Source of the DNA: Azolla caroliniana
Lineage: Eukaryota; Plantae; Polypodiophyta
Length of the DNA stretch: 64,000 nucleotides
Direction: 5' to 3'
NCBI GenBank assembly: GCA_043228905.1
Contig: JBHGNT010000017.1
Location: 3,162,001-3,226,000 of the forward strand
Both the position numbers and the translations under genes were made by a program. Below, piece after piece: positions 40,576 through 54,000 of the stretch; positions within the stretch are counted from its first letter, which is position 1; every line of letters begins with the position of its first letter. The notes under the pieces were generated by a model. That model did not search any database, was not told the origin of the DNA, and was given only the letters and a program-made list of their open reading frames with translations.

Positions 40576-42045
40576 CTGGGCTTCCTCTCTCTCTTTCCCT
40601 CGGTTTTGTCATGTTGTTGGTCTAACATCCATAACATCGAAATCTACAACTATGGTGAGAAGCAACATTCAACCCTTGCCATGGGCCCCACGAAGCCACA
40701 TAGATCATACCTAGGTTCCAGTGGACATTTCATACATTTGTCTATCTATCTCACATATATTTGACAGAATCGAGAACCCAATCTATCTAGCTCACAATGA
40801 AAAGACATAAATTTTGAGAGAACCCAAGCCCCATCCTCATTGTACGTTTAACCTTGTCCCATTGATCACATTGTGATCTCCCCTTGACATCTAAAAACTA
40901 GGATCTTCTTTCTTTCTTTCTTCCTACACATTGATTATAAGCCTACAAATGTCAAATGGGTTGTGGAGAAGCCTAGCTAGAGTAACATCACATTTTCCCC
41001 AATTAAAATCTTCAACTTGAAGAGTACCTCAAATTACAACATGAAACATTCATTGCCACATGTCAACTCATTGACAATGTTGCCCACTATCAATTCCCCA
41101 TGTGGCACCCAACCACTAAGGCCTATGTTTTGATAACCTTATGCACTTGGGTTCAAAATTCATTAATTGCACTCATTTACACTAGATGCCACCATAACAA
41201 CCTCATATATTGATGCTATGTCTTGACAAAAACTTGCAAGCAATATTCAAATTCACAAGGGGCAAACCTTATTAATTTACTAAATGATTGTGTGAAATGC
41301 AAAGATTAGATGAATGGCCTTTTGGCAAACAAATTAGATTTTTTGTATCAATTGTTAAGAATTTGTCAGTTTGTTTGTTTCACTCAAAATGTGGCAAAAA
41401 CAGACATAGCTGAACCATAGTTAATGTATGGTCATGTTAAGTGTTTGGAGGTTGTGTGGTAGGTAATTTGATCGTTAATGTGCCAAAGGTTTAGGAGGTG
41501 AATATGTGGTGTAATAAAGGTGTTAAATTAGGGATTAGCCAAAGCCATGATATATAGAGATGATATCATAATACCAACGTCCAGAGTAAGCCCATTCTTA
41601 TGACCTTAGACATTCAAATCGTTTCATGATACAATAAGTGAAAATAACACCTACAATAGATTAATTCCACTTCTACCCAATAACTGTCCTTAATTACTTG
41701 CAAGGATAACGAATTTGAAACTAGTAACTCGAGTTTGAAAAATTGGCTTGCAATGCATGGATTTTTAAAATTGACTTGCAATACAGTACAAGCATGGGAA
41801 GTCAGGACAATGAATATTCTCCAGGATGTATGATTATGTATTGATGGTATCTCTCTATAGAATACATAGTATTGTATATTGATGTAGAAACAATTGTGAT
41901 AGCAGCTAAGTTTGGTCAACATCTACAATGATTAGTTGACAACTTACCACAACACAAGGAAAATATTACAAGCACAAAAAAATCTTCCAAAACCTGCACA
42001 TATGAGTATAGTGCCCGATGTTTGAAATGAGTGCATAAAAGAAAC

Positions 42046-45000
42046 TCACTTCAAATTTGCATTGGAAGCAGTTCCATTAAATCTTTGGGCAAATCCCCTC
42101 AAAACAAGAACAATGATATCACGGAGACCTCTAGTCTGAACCATGAGATCTATCTCGTTCTCATTGTCCACAAATATTTTTAGTCGGTGTTGATCATTTT
42201 GAACGATCTCAACCTGTCCATCGTAAAATAAAATATATGAGAATATGTCATTTCGTATATTGTGACCATGCAAGGATAAGCCATTGGATCCAGCCGTCAT
42301 CTTTACAAGTCAGAAAACGATGTGAAATCCCCTTCACAAGGAATTCAGGAAACTTGTGAAATATGCTTTCATGGTTCAAGCAAATATATAACTTTCCTAT
42401 TTCCTATTTCCATAGTTTTTAATCTCACAGCATTTTATTTCTATTTCAACTCTCCCTCCCCAGCTATGTTTGTTCGGCTATTCCGATTTCACTGTGCTTT
42501 TTAGGTAATGTATTGAAGGATTAATTAACTGCTTTCAGACGGGTATCAAATGTCATGTAGAAGAAATATGAAAGATCATATAATATTGTATTTTTTCTGT
42601 CCGTCCACACTAGTATATTTTAACGCCTTCCATCTCCCACAGATAGCACGCTTAAACTAGACTTAACATCCTAATTACTACATGCTAATGCCACTAATAC
42701 CAATGCAATGTGGTTAAGTACTGCAGAAATTGATTTAAGTACTGCAATATTTTCCTAAAACTGATCCAACAATTTTGGTTACGAGCGGAGTTACACAATT
42801 TTAAATGTTTGAAAATGGGAATACATTGTACTTACCCGAAAGGGAGGGGAATATGTGCCACGTATCTCTGTGTTGGGAAAAGAAGTTTTAGAGCCAGGCT
42901 TGACGACTTTGAATCTTTTCTTATTGACATCTAGAACTCGCCTTTCTAAGCTTCCAAGTCCCTGCTAAGATTGTCCGTATCAGCTGAATATTTTACAATT
43001 CTGAAGAACAAAATTAGACCAAAATTACCAGATCAGAGATGTTATACCTTTGATGATGGTTGGTCACGATCCCGTAAAGCCTACAATAAACAACGGAAAT
43101 TAACATCCACCACTTTAAATAATCTAAGAAATAAAGTAAACCAGTACCTCAAATTTAACTGCTCCCAGCTCAAGCTTTTGCTTGACTTCCTTTGCAACTT
43201 CTGGCTCTACAACAATAAAAGTTAGGAGACATTAAGTACAAAAAGACTTTAATCTCCAAATTTTGATGCGACAGAGAATCATTAAAATGAAGAGTTCATA
43301 AATCAGAAGAAGAAAGTTATTAGCAGCAAACTAAAGGACATGTCAGATTCATTTAGGCATGTTCAAGAATCCATATCAATAAAAATTTTGAAGTAAAGAA
43401 AATGAAACTTGCGAAACCAACCAACAGCAATTGGATCAGTGGAAGCAGAAACAGGTGCACCACCCACACCATCATCACGAACAGGAGTATATACAGCCAC
43501 AAGCCTGCAACCTATATCATCCACATTGGCCTCATACATCCGTCCAACTTCACCTGCAACCAACCGCACAAGTTCTTCAAACACTGAAGCAACATGATGA
43601 CATAAAATCAAGTTTCCAATCTTCAAGACTTGCCAGATATTGACAAAAGGTCGGTACTTCCAGCCATTGCTCGAAACCATTGGATCATGCTTTTTCCTTC
43701 CTTTCCTCCACTGTAGATACCACGAACAGCATAAAGGTTTGTATGGAATCCCCGTCCTTCTATTTCCAGTTTATCCATCCTTGGAACACCTACATCATGA
43801 CAGTCCATGTTCCAAGTTAACAAAATCATTCAAAAACTATTATCAGCTGGCCATATTTAGGGTTAGCATCTGTATACTTATTACTTAAAGATTTCACCAT
43901 TATAAATGCAAATTGGGTGCAATGTAGATTTGTCACTGAGATATATGACAAGAAAATATAGCATTCAGATATGCTTTATCTACTCCTATCATCGCGTTTT
44001 CTACTTTTATCCATAGCCAACTATATTACCAAAATATTATATATTCTAGCATTATCCTTGTCTATTTTTATCATTAGTTTCTCTAGTTTTCTCCAGCAAA
44101 TACAAATAAAGTATACCTATATATTACTGGATCCCATTGAGGACGTTTCTCTAGACTGGGTCTTATTGAGGAGATGAAAACCATTAGTAATAGATTATGT
44201 CAGAGATTAGAATAGATAGAATAGATAAGAAAAATACCTACACGAATTAGTATTGTACACAATTACCTGCTAAAACTCGATCAGTTATTACTGAGACTGG
44301 TTCCATGTTTCTGCCAAAAATATCTATCATTGTGCACTCACAACGAAGAATTGAACCAACATCTTCAGAGCGAATCTTATAAGAGCTCGTTCTTTGCAAG
44401 GGTAATATGTCAAAAGAAACTGGAATTCCTGGAGCATTAGACCGAGACCTACAAACAACCAAACAATCAAATATTATCAGATGTGTATATGTATACTCAT
44501 GTATAGCCAAACAACCTGAAATATCTGATGTTAAAACAACCATTGATATCTAGCATCTTTTTTGTATTTCTGCCAGATTTTATGTTCAGCATCAGACTCA
44601 AATATTACTCCAGTTGCAGTAAGGACTTCCCCCTCAGCTGCTTTGCCACTGAGAAACAATTTCTGAGGTCTTGGAATATCTACACAACAATGAAACATCA
44701 TCTAGCATAAATTCACATGAGAAACAAGACTTGAACCAACAGAAAAAGACCAGAATAATATCAAGGCTTGGATGCAGGTAAGGATAATCAAGGTGGCAGT
44801 ATCCTGGTAGTGGTTCTGATCTCTGATGGCCTATCTAATTGTGCTCTGTGACTGAATGATATGTGGGGTCGTGCTGTTGTGGTCAGTGATTAGAGAGTGT
44901 GTTTTTGTCCGGTCTTCTCTTGCTTGAGATCTGTGCATTTAGTTTTCTTCTTCTTAAACCTCCCATTTGAATAATGCACATATCCGGTCTCCATTGTCTG

Positions 45001-48000
45001 CTCAAGATATACAGAGGCATATTCTAGTACTCTGATTAGGTAAATGTGTACTCTGATACATGGGGATATACATGTGAAATAAACTATAATTCTGTCCTGA
45101 ACAAGCCCCCAGAATTGAGACTGAAGACACTTCCTTTCGTTTTCCACCTCTCTAGTATACTAACATTGATTTTATAAGGTTGTATTTTTCCCCTCAAGTA
45201 TACATTGTATCCTAGCACAACTCCTGCCTTGCATATAGCCTATTATAATGCCGAAAATATCATATAGACTTCTATATATTTATACAATTTAGATAATTTT
45301 ACTTGAAGCTTGATTACCCAAACACCAAATAGGCAGGTTCATTTCAATTATATAGCCCCAGGTTAAGCTAATCTATAAAGCAGGTTAACTTCAATTATAA
45401 TCAACTCTCCAGCTAAATTCCATTGTATTGCATCGGCCCCCAAAAAATGAAGATTCTCGTAACAAATCGAACAGAAAACGACCAGGAAATTTACATTATT
45501 AAAGGTATTACAGAAGATAAACCTGGTAATATCGGATCAGATTTCTCTGAAAGAACTTCCTTTCCAACCAGCCCATCTTCCCGTACAGGAGTATACCTGC
45601 AAACACATGTTTCTTGTGAAATTTGCAAGCAAAAAAAGATGATAGAACCAAAATAATTTTTCTTGCAGCTTGATTACCCAAATACCAAACAACACGTGTA
45701 GTCCTCTTCCACTGTTAAATATTTCTTTGATATAGCTCCTTCAATCAAAGAAAGTCTTCTGTCGTCAGCTTCTCGATACCATCTTACAATGCTATTTCCT
45801 TCGGAGCCTCCATGATATTCCCCATGTCCAAGGAGCATCCGGTTTCCAAACTTCTCAATATTTACATTGCTTACACTAGGCATTGCTGGAAACAACCATG
45901 ACGCATGAAACTTTATGTCATTGATATGTATATAGAACAAATACAACAAGAAACTAAAAAAATGCTGAGTTTTATGGCACTACAAAAAACATATATCTGC
46001 ATACAATCTAGTATCTCAAGTACTGTTGCGCTTTATACAACTATGAAAAACGGAGATCCGCATAGAATCCAATATCTCAAGTACCGTCTGTTACTGGCCT
46101 TGTACACCTATAATGAATTCCTTTTTGTCTCTAGAAGCACTGGCTGAATACCAACACTGGTTGAATATACCAAAATTGGTGCAGTATGAGATTTTTACCT
46201 GGCATCACTGGAGCACTGCTGCTTGTAACCAGCGCCTTCCCTCTTTTGCCATCAATTCGAACAGGAGTCCAACTTAATGCAAGGTACATTCCCACATCTT
46301 TTGACGTTGGAAAATAAGTCCTGGAAGTGTGAATGCCAAGCAGGCCCTCTTTATGAAGTCTTTGCATGCGTCAAAAGCATTTAATGAAATTGCAAAATGA
46401 AACATACATGGTATTTGCAACGCTGACTGCTTCATCTGGTAAAATTCCTCTCTCAACAACGTTCTTCAGACAGTACCATCTATACTCACTAGATCCTTCA
46501 GTTCCACCATAATACAGTTTCTCTGGAATAACCTCCCTACCTTCGTGGCAATCTGGAATTCTTAATTTGACACCTATTGGATCAGCTGCAAAATGAGGAT
46601 GCTGTGATTAGTTCTGAGGTTACTATATATATACAAAAGAACGACCTATATAACTCACAAAACCAGGTGTTGAGATACGCAAGCACTTAAGAAGCCAATT
46701 CTAATGAAGTATATATGTTTAGCTGATGAATAGAATTGCAAAAATCTACCAGTCATTGAAAATAAAACCACATAGAAAATTAAAATGAAAAGCAGATAGA
46801 ATGAAATACGCATATCTAAAATCATCCTAATCTGAAAAGAATATCAGCTCACCATTTGTAACAACCTCAGAGAGACTACGGCAAACAGAGCCAATTACTC
46901 TATCTTTCCTGACAGGAGTGAAAACAAGTAAAATTCGACACCCGACATCCTTCGAAGTCAAATCTAATCTTTCTGTGGAGTAGATAGTCACAGTTAGTTA
47001 ATGAATAATAGACAGGAAAAACAGATTGTGTATCTGCACTTTTACCATTGTTGCTTAGCCAATCTTCTTTTCCATTTGTATTTTGTCGATACCACTCGTT
47101 AATGCAAGTCCCTTTCTCCCTGGTAAAGATAAACATCAGTATGGTGTTATAATGGATTTACCTACCGAATTATTGGAGATAAATCACTACAGGTAAGAGA
47201 AGAAATAAGAATTATTGGCATCACTAGGTCCAATCATCAAATTGACTGCAACAGATGCAGAGAATATTGAAATGCATTGGGTTTCAAATAACATAATCCC
47301 TAGTTTGAAGTTCAGAAAGTTCAGACTAGTCCCTTACCCGCCTGAATAGTTAGCCTCAAAAGTGAGACTCCCTCCCTCAATGGGATGACCAAGGATCTTC
47401 AAGGAGTTGCACATTGGAGGGCCTAATTTAATTGAAAAGTTAGCACCATTGTGGATGACATATCAGGATTTGTGAAGAACCTAAAAATTTCATGTTTCCC
47501 TAACTTATGAATGCTATAATACTCCAGAGCACAGTCATCAGAAAAATCAAGGTACATAGTCCAAGAAAAGAGGCTTCATTACCAGGTAGGATAGGTCCCA
47601 CATGTGGAGATACGACATTTGAACCCTTGATTCCATCCACACGTATAGGTTCATAGGAGACATAAATCAGGCTACCGATATCAGTGTTAAGAACTTTGTA
47701 GCTGGATCCTATAGCATCTTTTATTTCATGGCTAAGTCCATTTGGCTTTTTCTGCAAGTAATCAAAAATGTGAGAAAAGAAATTTCATAATCACAAGGAC
47801 AATTTTAGCACATTCTAGAATGGATTCTGGATTAGGAATAGAGATACAGACAGCACTGACCAAGAACCACTGAATCTTTGAAGGACCTTCGATGCCACCC
47901 CAGTATTTCTTCTCTACAGTCAAAACAGCTCCTTCAATATGATCCCCTAATATCTGGAGTGATGAAAGGGTTGGAAGTCCTGCAAGGAAGTCAAGACTGA

Positions 48001-51000
48001 ATCTAATATATTGTTTAGCCCTGAAGTCTAAGTCTTAGCTTAGGATGGGTATTCCCAATACCTGGTTGTACATATTCTTGAAATATAGTGCTTCTGGATT
48101 CACCAACCATGCCATCCTCTCTAACTGGTGTACATTTGAAAGAAACTAGTTTATTGATTGCATCTGCTGTAATTTTATATTGTAAAAGCCCGTCTGCAGT
48201 AGAAATGGGGACACCAACATCATTCTCATTCTGCAGAAGAAGGGAGATGGAAGTTAGCCACCTGCTCAAATTCAGTCATCTATACTTATAAGAGACACAT
48301 CAACATTCTGAGTCAACCTTGGGTGAATGAGAAACATGGAGGAACATGATAATGAAAGAAAGTTTAAAACTAAGAGAATCAAGTTTCTTGTGAACACAGT
48401 GGATACAGCTTAATCATCCACTCAATATGCAAATGTCTGCAATTGTTACATCCCCTACATAGGAATAGAGTACCTTGTGTAAAAACCAACTGTATTCACT
48501 CTTGCCTTCATGGCCACCTACATATCCATAAGAAGCTGCCAATGTTTCACCCTCAATTGCTTCACCATTTAAGGATAGAAAAGTTAAACTAGGTGGCAGC
48601 ACTGTAATTGCAATAGAAAAAAATAAATCAGAAATTATGAATGTGAAGGAGAATGTGTAGCTAAAAATGATGAAACATGTTATCAAGATTTTGCATTCTT
48701 TGACCGCATACATACTTTCGACTCTCTGATCTGAAACCACAACCACCGGTTCTCCACAATCACCATCACAACGTGATGGAGTGTACTTTGCAGCTAGGTA
48801 ATAACCTACAGCTCCAACTGGTATACGGAAGTCCTATAACAACCAGTTACCATGAGTATAAAACAAATATTAACACACCCAGAAGTAAAAAAAGGTTGAA
48901 ATGTATGTTAGTTTACGAACCTTAGCAACTTTTGAGCTACTGATTGCTTCAAGATTAGCTTCATTTGCAGAAGCATCGGACTTGAACCATTGCACTCGGC
49001 TCACATCTTCTACACCACCCACTATGTTGGCACTAATAGAGACAACATTCCCCTCTCTTATGTCTCCAATGATTTTTAGATGTGTGACTTTTGGAGGAGC
49101 TGATCCAAAACAGGCATTCAGTAACATAAATATTTGGGGTAGTTCTCAATATAATGCAATATTCAAGAATGTGGCATACCAACTAAAATGTTTGTCGTGA
49201 TTGCAGAAACAGGATGTCCCTCCCAGCCTGAGAAATAACAAACTCCCGTTTATTATAATACGTACCCTATAACAAAAGTTAAACTTACAGCTGAGTTCTG
49301 CTCTAGCAAATTGCAACATCTAATCACCTTCAGTGTTTATTGGAGTATATATGAACATCAATCGCAACCCAACATCTTCCTTTGTCACCGTATATTCAGA
49401 TGTACCTCTTGAAATCAGCTTGAATTCTCTGCACACATCAAGGCTAAACAATAAGCTAGTAATAATAGGCATTCGTACACCTCCATTGATGAACATATGA
49501 AAATATCCTTTTGAAATTACATTATTGCAATTTCTCAGTTACTAGAATGTCCATTTAACCTCTTCACAGTGCCCAGAACAGAGTTCTCTAGTTAGACAAC
49601 TGAGCTGATCAAAGTGCCTATTTGTTACAATGGAGACAAAAAATGTAGTCTCTTAAACTCCAACCAATGTCAAATATATTGTGCACAATACAAAGCCACG
49701 CAGGAAATCTTAAAAGATGTAAATACCCCAATTGCAGATCTTCACGAAGCCAATCAAGCTTGCTTATTCCTTCTGTGCCACCAAAATATTCTCCAGTGCC
49801 CTTTATTGTCATCCCTTCAACAGCAGGACCAATAATTTGCACATTCTTAACAGAAGGTGAAGCTGCAGCATGCAAAGGATTATATAAATATTGTATTTCC
49901 AAATATAGAATCTACATATAAATATGTCTAGATTACTAAATTTCACGATAAGTACCTGCTTCTATGATGGCGGTAGTTGCAAACTGTGACTCGCCTTTGA
50001 TGCCTTCTTCTGTAACTGGAGTATACATGAGCAAAAGATTTGCACCCACATCCTCAAGACTAAGTTGGTATTCATGTTCCTCAGCCCCCATTATTGCAAC
50101 TGGACTTCTTCCTCCATGTCTTCTAAGCCAGCTGAGATGCTCCCAGGGATAGTCCAAGTCAAAACACATGTAAAAGTGGGAAAATTTCCTTTAAAGCAAG
50201 CTAAGTATACCTGACAATGGCTTTGGCAGGGGTTCCACCACACCATGCTACTTCAGCATGTGGACGAATGGTTTTCCCCTCAATCAATTCACCATCCACG
50301 CTCAAGGACAATACCTTTGGACAACCAGTTCCTGCAGCATTTTGAGTTTTCAGAATCCCTCATATGAATAACACAGGGTATAGGCATGCTTAGGTGATAT
50401 ACCAACCAACACTAGTGATTAATTGCAGATTCAATTACCACCGTACATTCTGGATTTTTGTAAGGTGCCACACCGCATTTCAAGGTGTCAAATCACTATA
50501 AGTTTATTATAAAGAATTCAGCTTACCATGCATAGGAACAACTGTATTCAACCTAGACATTTGAAGTGATTATAAGGAGCACACAAACACTTCACTGGCT
50601 TGTACGTATTCTCAACATTTTTTAATAATGAGAATCAAGAGACCACATTATTTGTATTAACTTTGTAACCAGAAAATTAACTCTGTAAGAGCGAGGTGAG
50701 AATTATGGCTGCAGTGGTTAATGCACGAGAACATGCAAACATGAGCAGAAAAGTAAGAAATAAACCTGCAGCAACAGGTGACGAGATAGCAAATATTGAT
50801 GGGAAAGTGATATCATTTATTACTGGTGTACATTCCACCTTCAGACAACAACCAATATCTGGCTGCTTCGGCCAGTATGTCTGCAAGATCAATTTGAAAA
50901 CAATGTCTAAAAATGGAATGTGCTTAGACATGAAAAACAAATTTCCGCTCCAAAACATTAAATAGGGCTTAAATTAGCTTTCCGAATTTCGGGTCTCTTT

Positions 51001-54000
51001 CACCTTGCTATTAGCACCTTCAATTGGCACAAAATTTGTCGCTGTCTTATCACCAATATACCATTGATATTTTAGCATTAACTTTGACTCTTCTTCCCCA
51101 TCATTCTCCTTTTCCAATATAAAACGGCATGTACAACAATCCTCCTCGTATGGTGGATCTATAGAAGCCTTTTTCACAGTGTATCCTGGAGGAAGTATGT
51201 CCCTCCATTTTGCTACTAGAAATTGCAAGGTCGATTCTGTAGAGAAAAGATAATCACAAGTTTCATCACATAGACTAAACTAGAAGTCAATTTGAATATC
51301 CTTCCATACAAATGCCATCCATTTGCAGCTCAGCAAAATAAAACAAACAAATTCTGGGACATGCTAGCAAGCACTCTAGTGTAGAGAGATCCAAAGAAGG
51401 TCTCATGAAGCAAATAATTAATATTTACATTCAAGAAACAGAAAGAAACGAAAATGAAATGAAAAATATTGTCTTACATACCTAGGGCTTCTTCAACAGC
51501 ACAAAACTCCCAACCTTCTCTCAAGCACAAGGCTGTGTGCGCAGGATACGTCATTGCAAGTTTTAGCTCCTCCATTGATAAATCTGTCGTTCAAAGAGCA
51601 GGCATCCAAAATCTTAGTTAACTATTTGCTATAAAGCGATCCTTCTTTGTTTCCTTTGTTTAAGACATGTAAGAATGCCCCAACAAAAGTTAATTTCAGA
51701 ATATAAAAGCTGCACAACTGCCGTCCGCAGTAGCATATACTTCCTAATCAGATATATTCATCGATATTGGATCATAAAGTATGCCAACAGCATAATAAAA
51801 GATTCACCAAGCAAGGTGCAAGTTGAGAAACACAAAGGTCACTAGTGCTGAGCCTTGTTTCTTAAGCCACTAGAACGGGTATAGTCATAATTGATCTAGA
51901 AAGATGGCACAAACTTGCCGTGATTTTTTCCAGAAGTATGAGATGCTTTTACTCTTTTAGTTGGAATGAAAAATATATATATATGAAAAACAAAGTATTT
52001 ACCTCGATTGTTGAATCTTTTGAGTGTCGTTCCAACAATCAGAATAGAAGCTGCTTCAGCATGAGGCATATCCAAAATAGGATTATCTTCTAGTCGTAAG
52101 TGCTGCAATTGTAATCAAAAGTAAATAAGATTTTCCATAAAAAACGTGCATTAAACTCCATAAATCACTGAGCCCGTTTTCAATCCCTCATACTAAGATC
52201 CTATCAACCAAACAACTTTGCTCAGGTAGTGATTGAAGCTGCATGTTTCATTATGCCTTGAGAATGCACCATCTAGCTAGATTAGGTCACTAAGGATGCC
52301 TATTATATCAAGATCATGTTTTTCACATAAACAGGGTATGGAAATACGCACATGATTAAACAAACATAAGAGGGCTCAGAAGAAAACCTCGAGAACAGGT
52401 AGATGGGGAAATCCTTTGAAGGTTGAAATATTGTTATCACTGGCAGCCAAGACCTTTGCACAGACGAAAACGAATGCATAAGTGCCCAAACTGCAATCAG
52501 CAGACAGATAGCAACAACATTCCCAGTGAAACTGAAGGTTCTGCTATTCTTAATGATTGAGCACAAACAGACAGTAGTTAAAGCGTGCATGTCGCACCTG
52601 AAGCTTTGGTTGTGGTGGCATCGCCAAAGAATTCAAATTGTTCTGTGCCACAGAGAGAAACTGAAACATAGAATCTAGAATTTTAGATCACGGTTTACAA
52701 ATTAGATTCTCCCATTGAATGTCCAATGAATCTCACATTATATTCATAACAAATAGTTTTCTGATATAATGATGATGTCTAGAGTTGAATATAGAACAAA
52801 CCTCCAAGTTAGGTAATTGAGGTAATGCAGTTAATGATGCAATCTGATTCCCTGCAAGATATAATTGCTGGAGACAAACCATATTCAAGAGTTAGAATCT
52901 TAAAAGCATAAGATTTTCTGAACCCATACAAACACAAATCAACTTGGTTATGGCTGAATATCAAGAAACCTGAAGGGCCTTCAAATTTGATAAAGGTTCA
53001 AAGCTATCACCACTGAACTCATTGAAGCTAAGATCCAAAACCTGTTAATATCATGAAGAAGTTTATTTTTGGTACATATGAAAGCTTGAAACATAAAACA
53101 TAAGAGCTTCACATATTCACCTTGACACGTTTTAAAATTTCAAGCCCGGCCATTGATGACAGTTGATTGTTCCGCAAATATACGAACTAAAATAGAAAAG
53201 AAACAATCAAAATTAGATTCTCCAAAAACTGGCCTAAGCTCAAGCATGATGTATGCATTTGCAGGAATAGTTGAAATCATTGATCCAAGAATGTACCTCA
53301 AGTTTAGGTGTTAGACTTATGTGATTACTGTCCAATCTCCAGATATTCTGACCTCTGAGGTCGAGTCTCTGCTTAACAACATTAAATAAAACCAATTGTC
53401 AATCCATGTTATTGTATAGCCACAAAATGTCGACATGTTTCAGTCGTGGAATATACATCATCAATTTCATAAGAAGAAAAAAATAAAGTGATAAATTGGA
53501 ACACCAGGAAAAGAGAAATTGTTACACAAACATTTATTATTACTTCATGTTTCTACATAGATTGATTGCTCTTAAGCATCAGATATGCCACACTGTTATG
53601 TACAATGTTTGAGCACAAGTATGAAAAATAATGAGACTGAAGCTCAAGATGATGCCAAATAGAAATCAATGTTGTAACAACCAACCTTCTTTACTTTATT
53701 AAATCCAACTATCTGCTATTGAACCCATGGTCGTCACTCTTATAAAAGTGCCATTTCTTAAAATATGGAACATACGTCTGGTAGAAGCATCTGCCATCAG
53801 TCCTTTGATTATGATGCAATGAGTTGTTTGAGCGGAGTCTTCAGTCTCACTTAATCACAACATGAGCAGATGGGACACAATTCTGGTTTCACTTGGTGTC
53901 ACAAGTTTTAGATTGCCAATGTAGCTATGCCATGCTCAACTCAGGAGGATTATGATTGGGAGGAGAGTTAATCCAATTTGCTAATCACGACAATGTATAT

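Noticed and set aside
53715-53760. GGGTTCAAT B-box-like motif in AIR9 intron 1
   Set aside because: No A box or T stem. Too degenerate.
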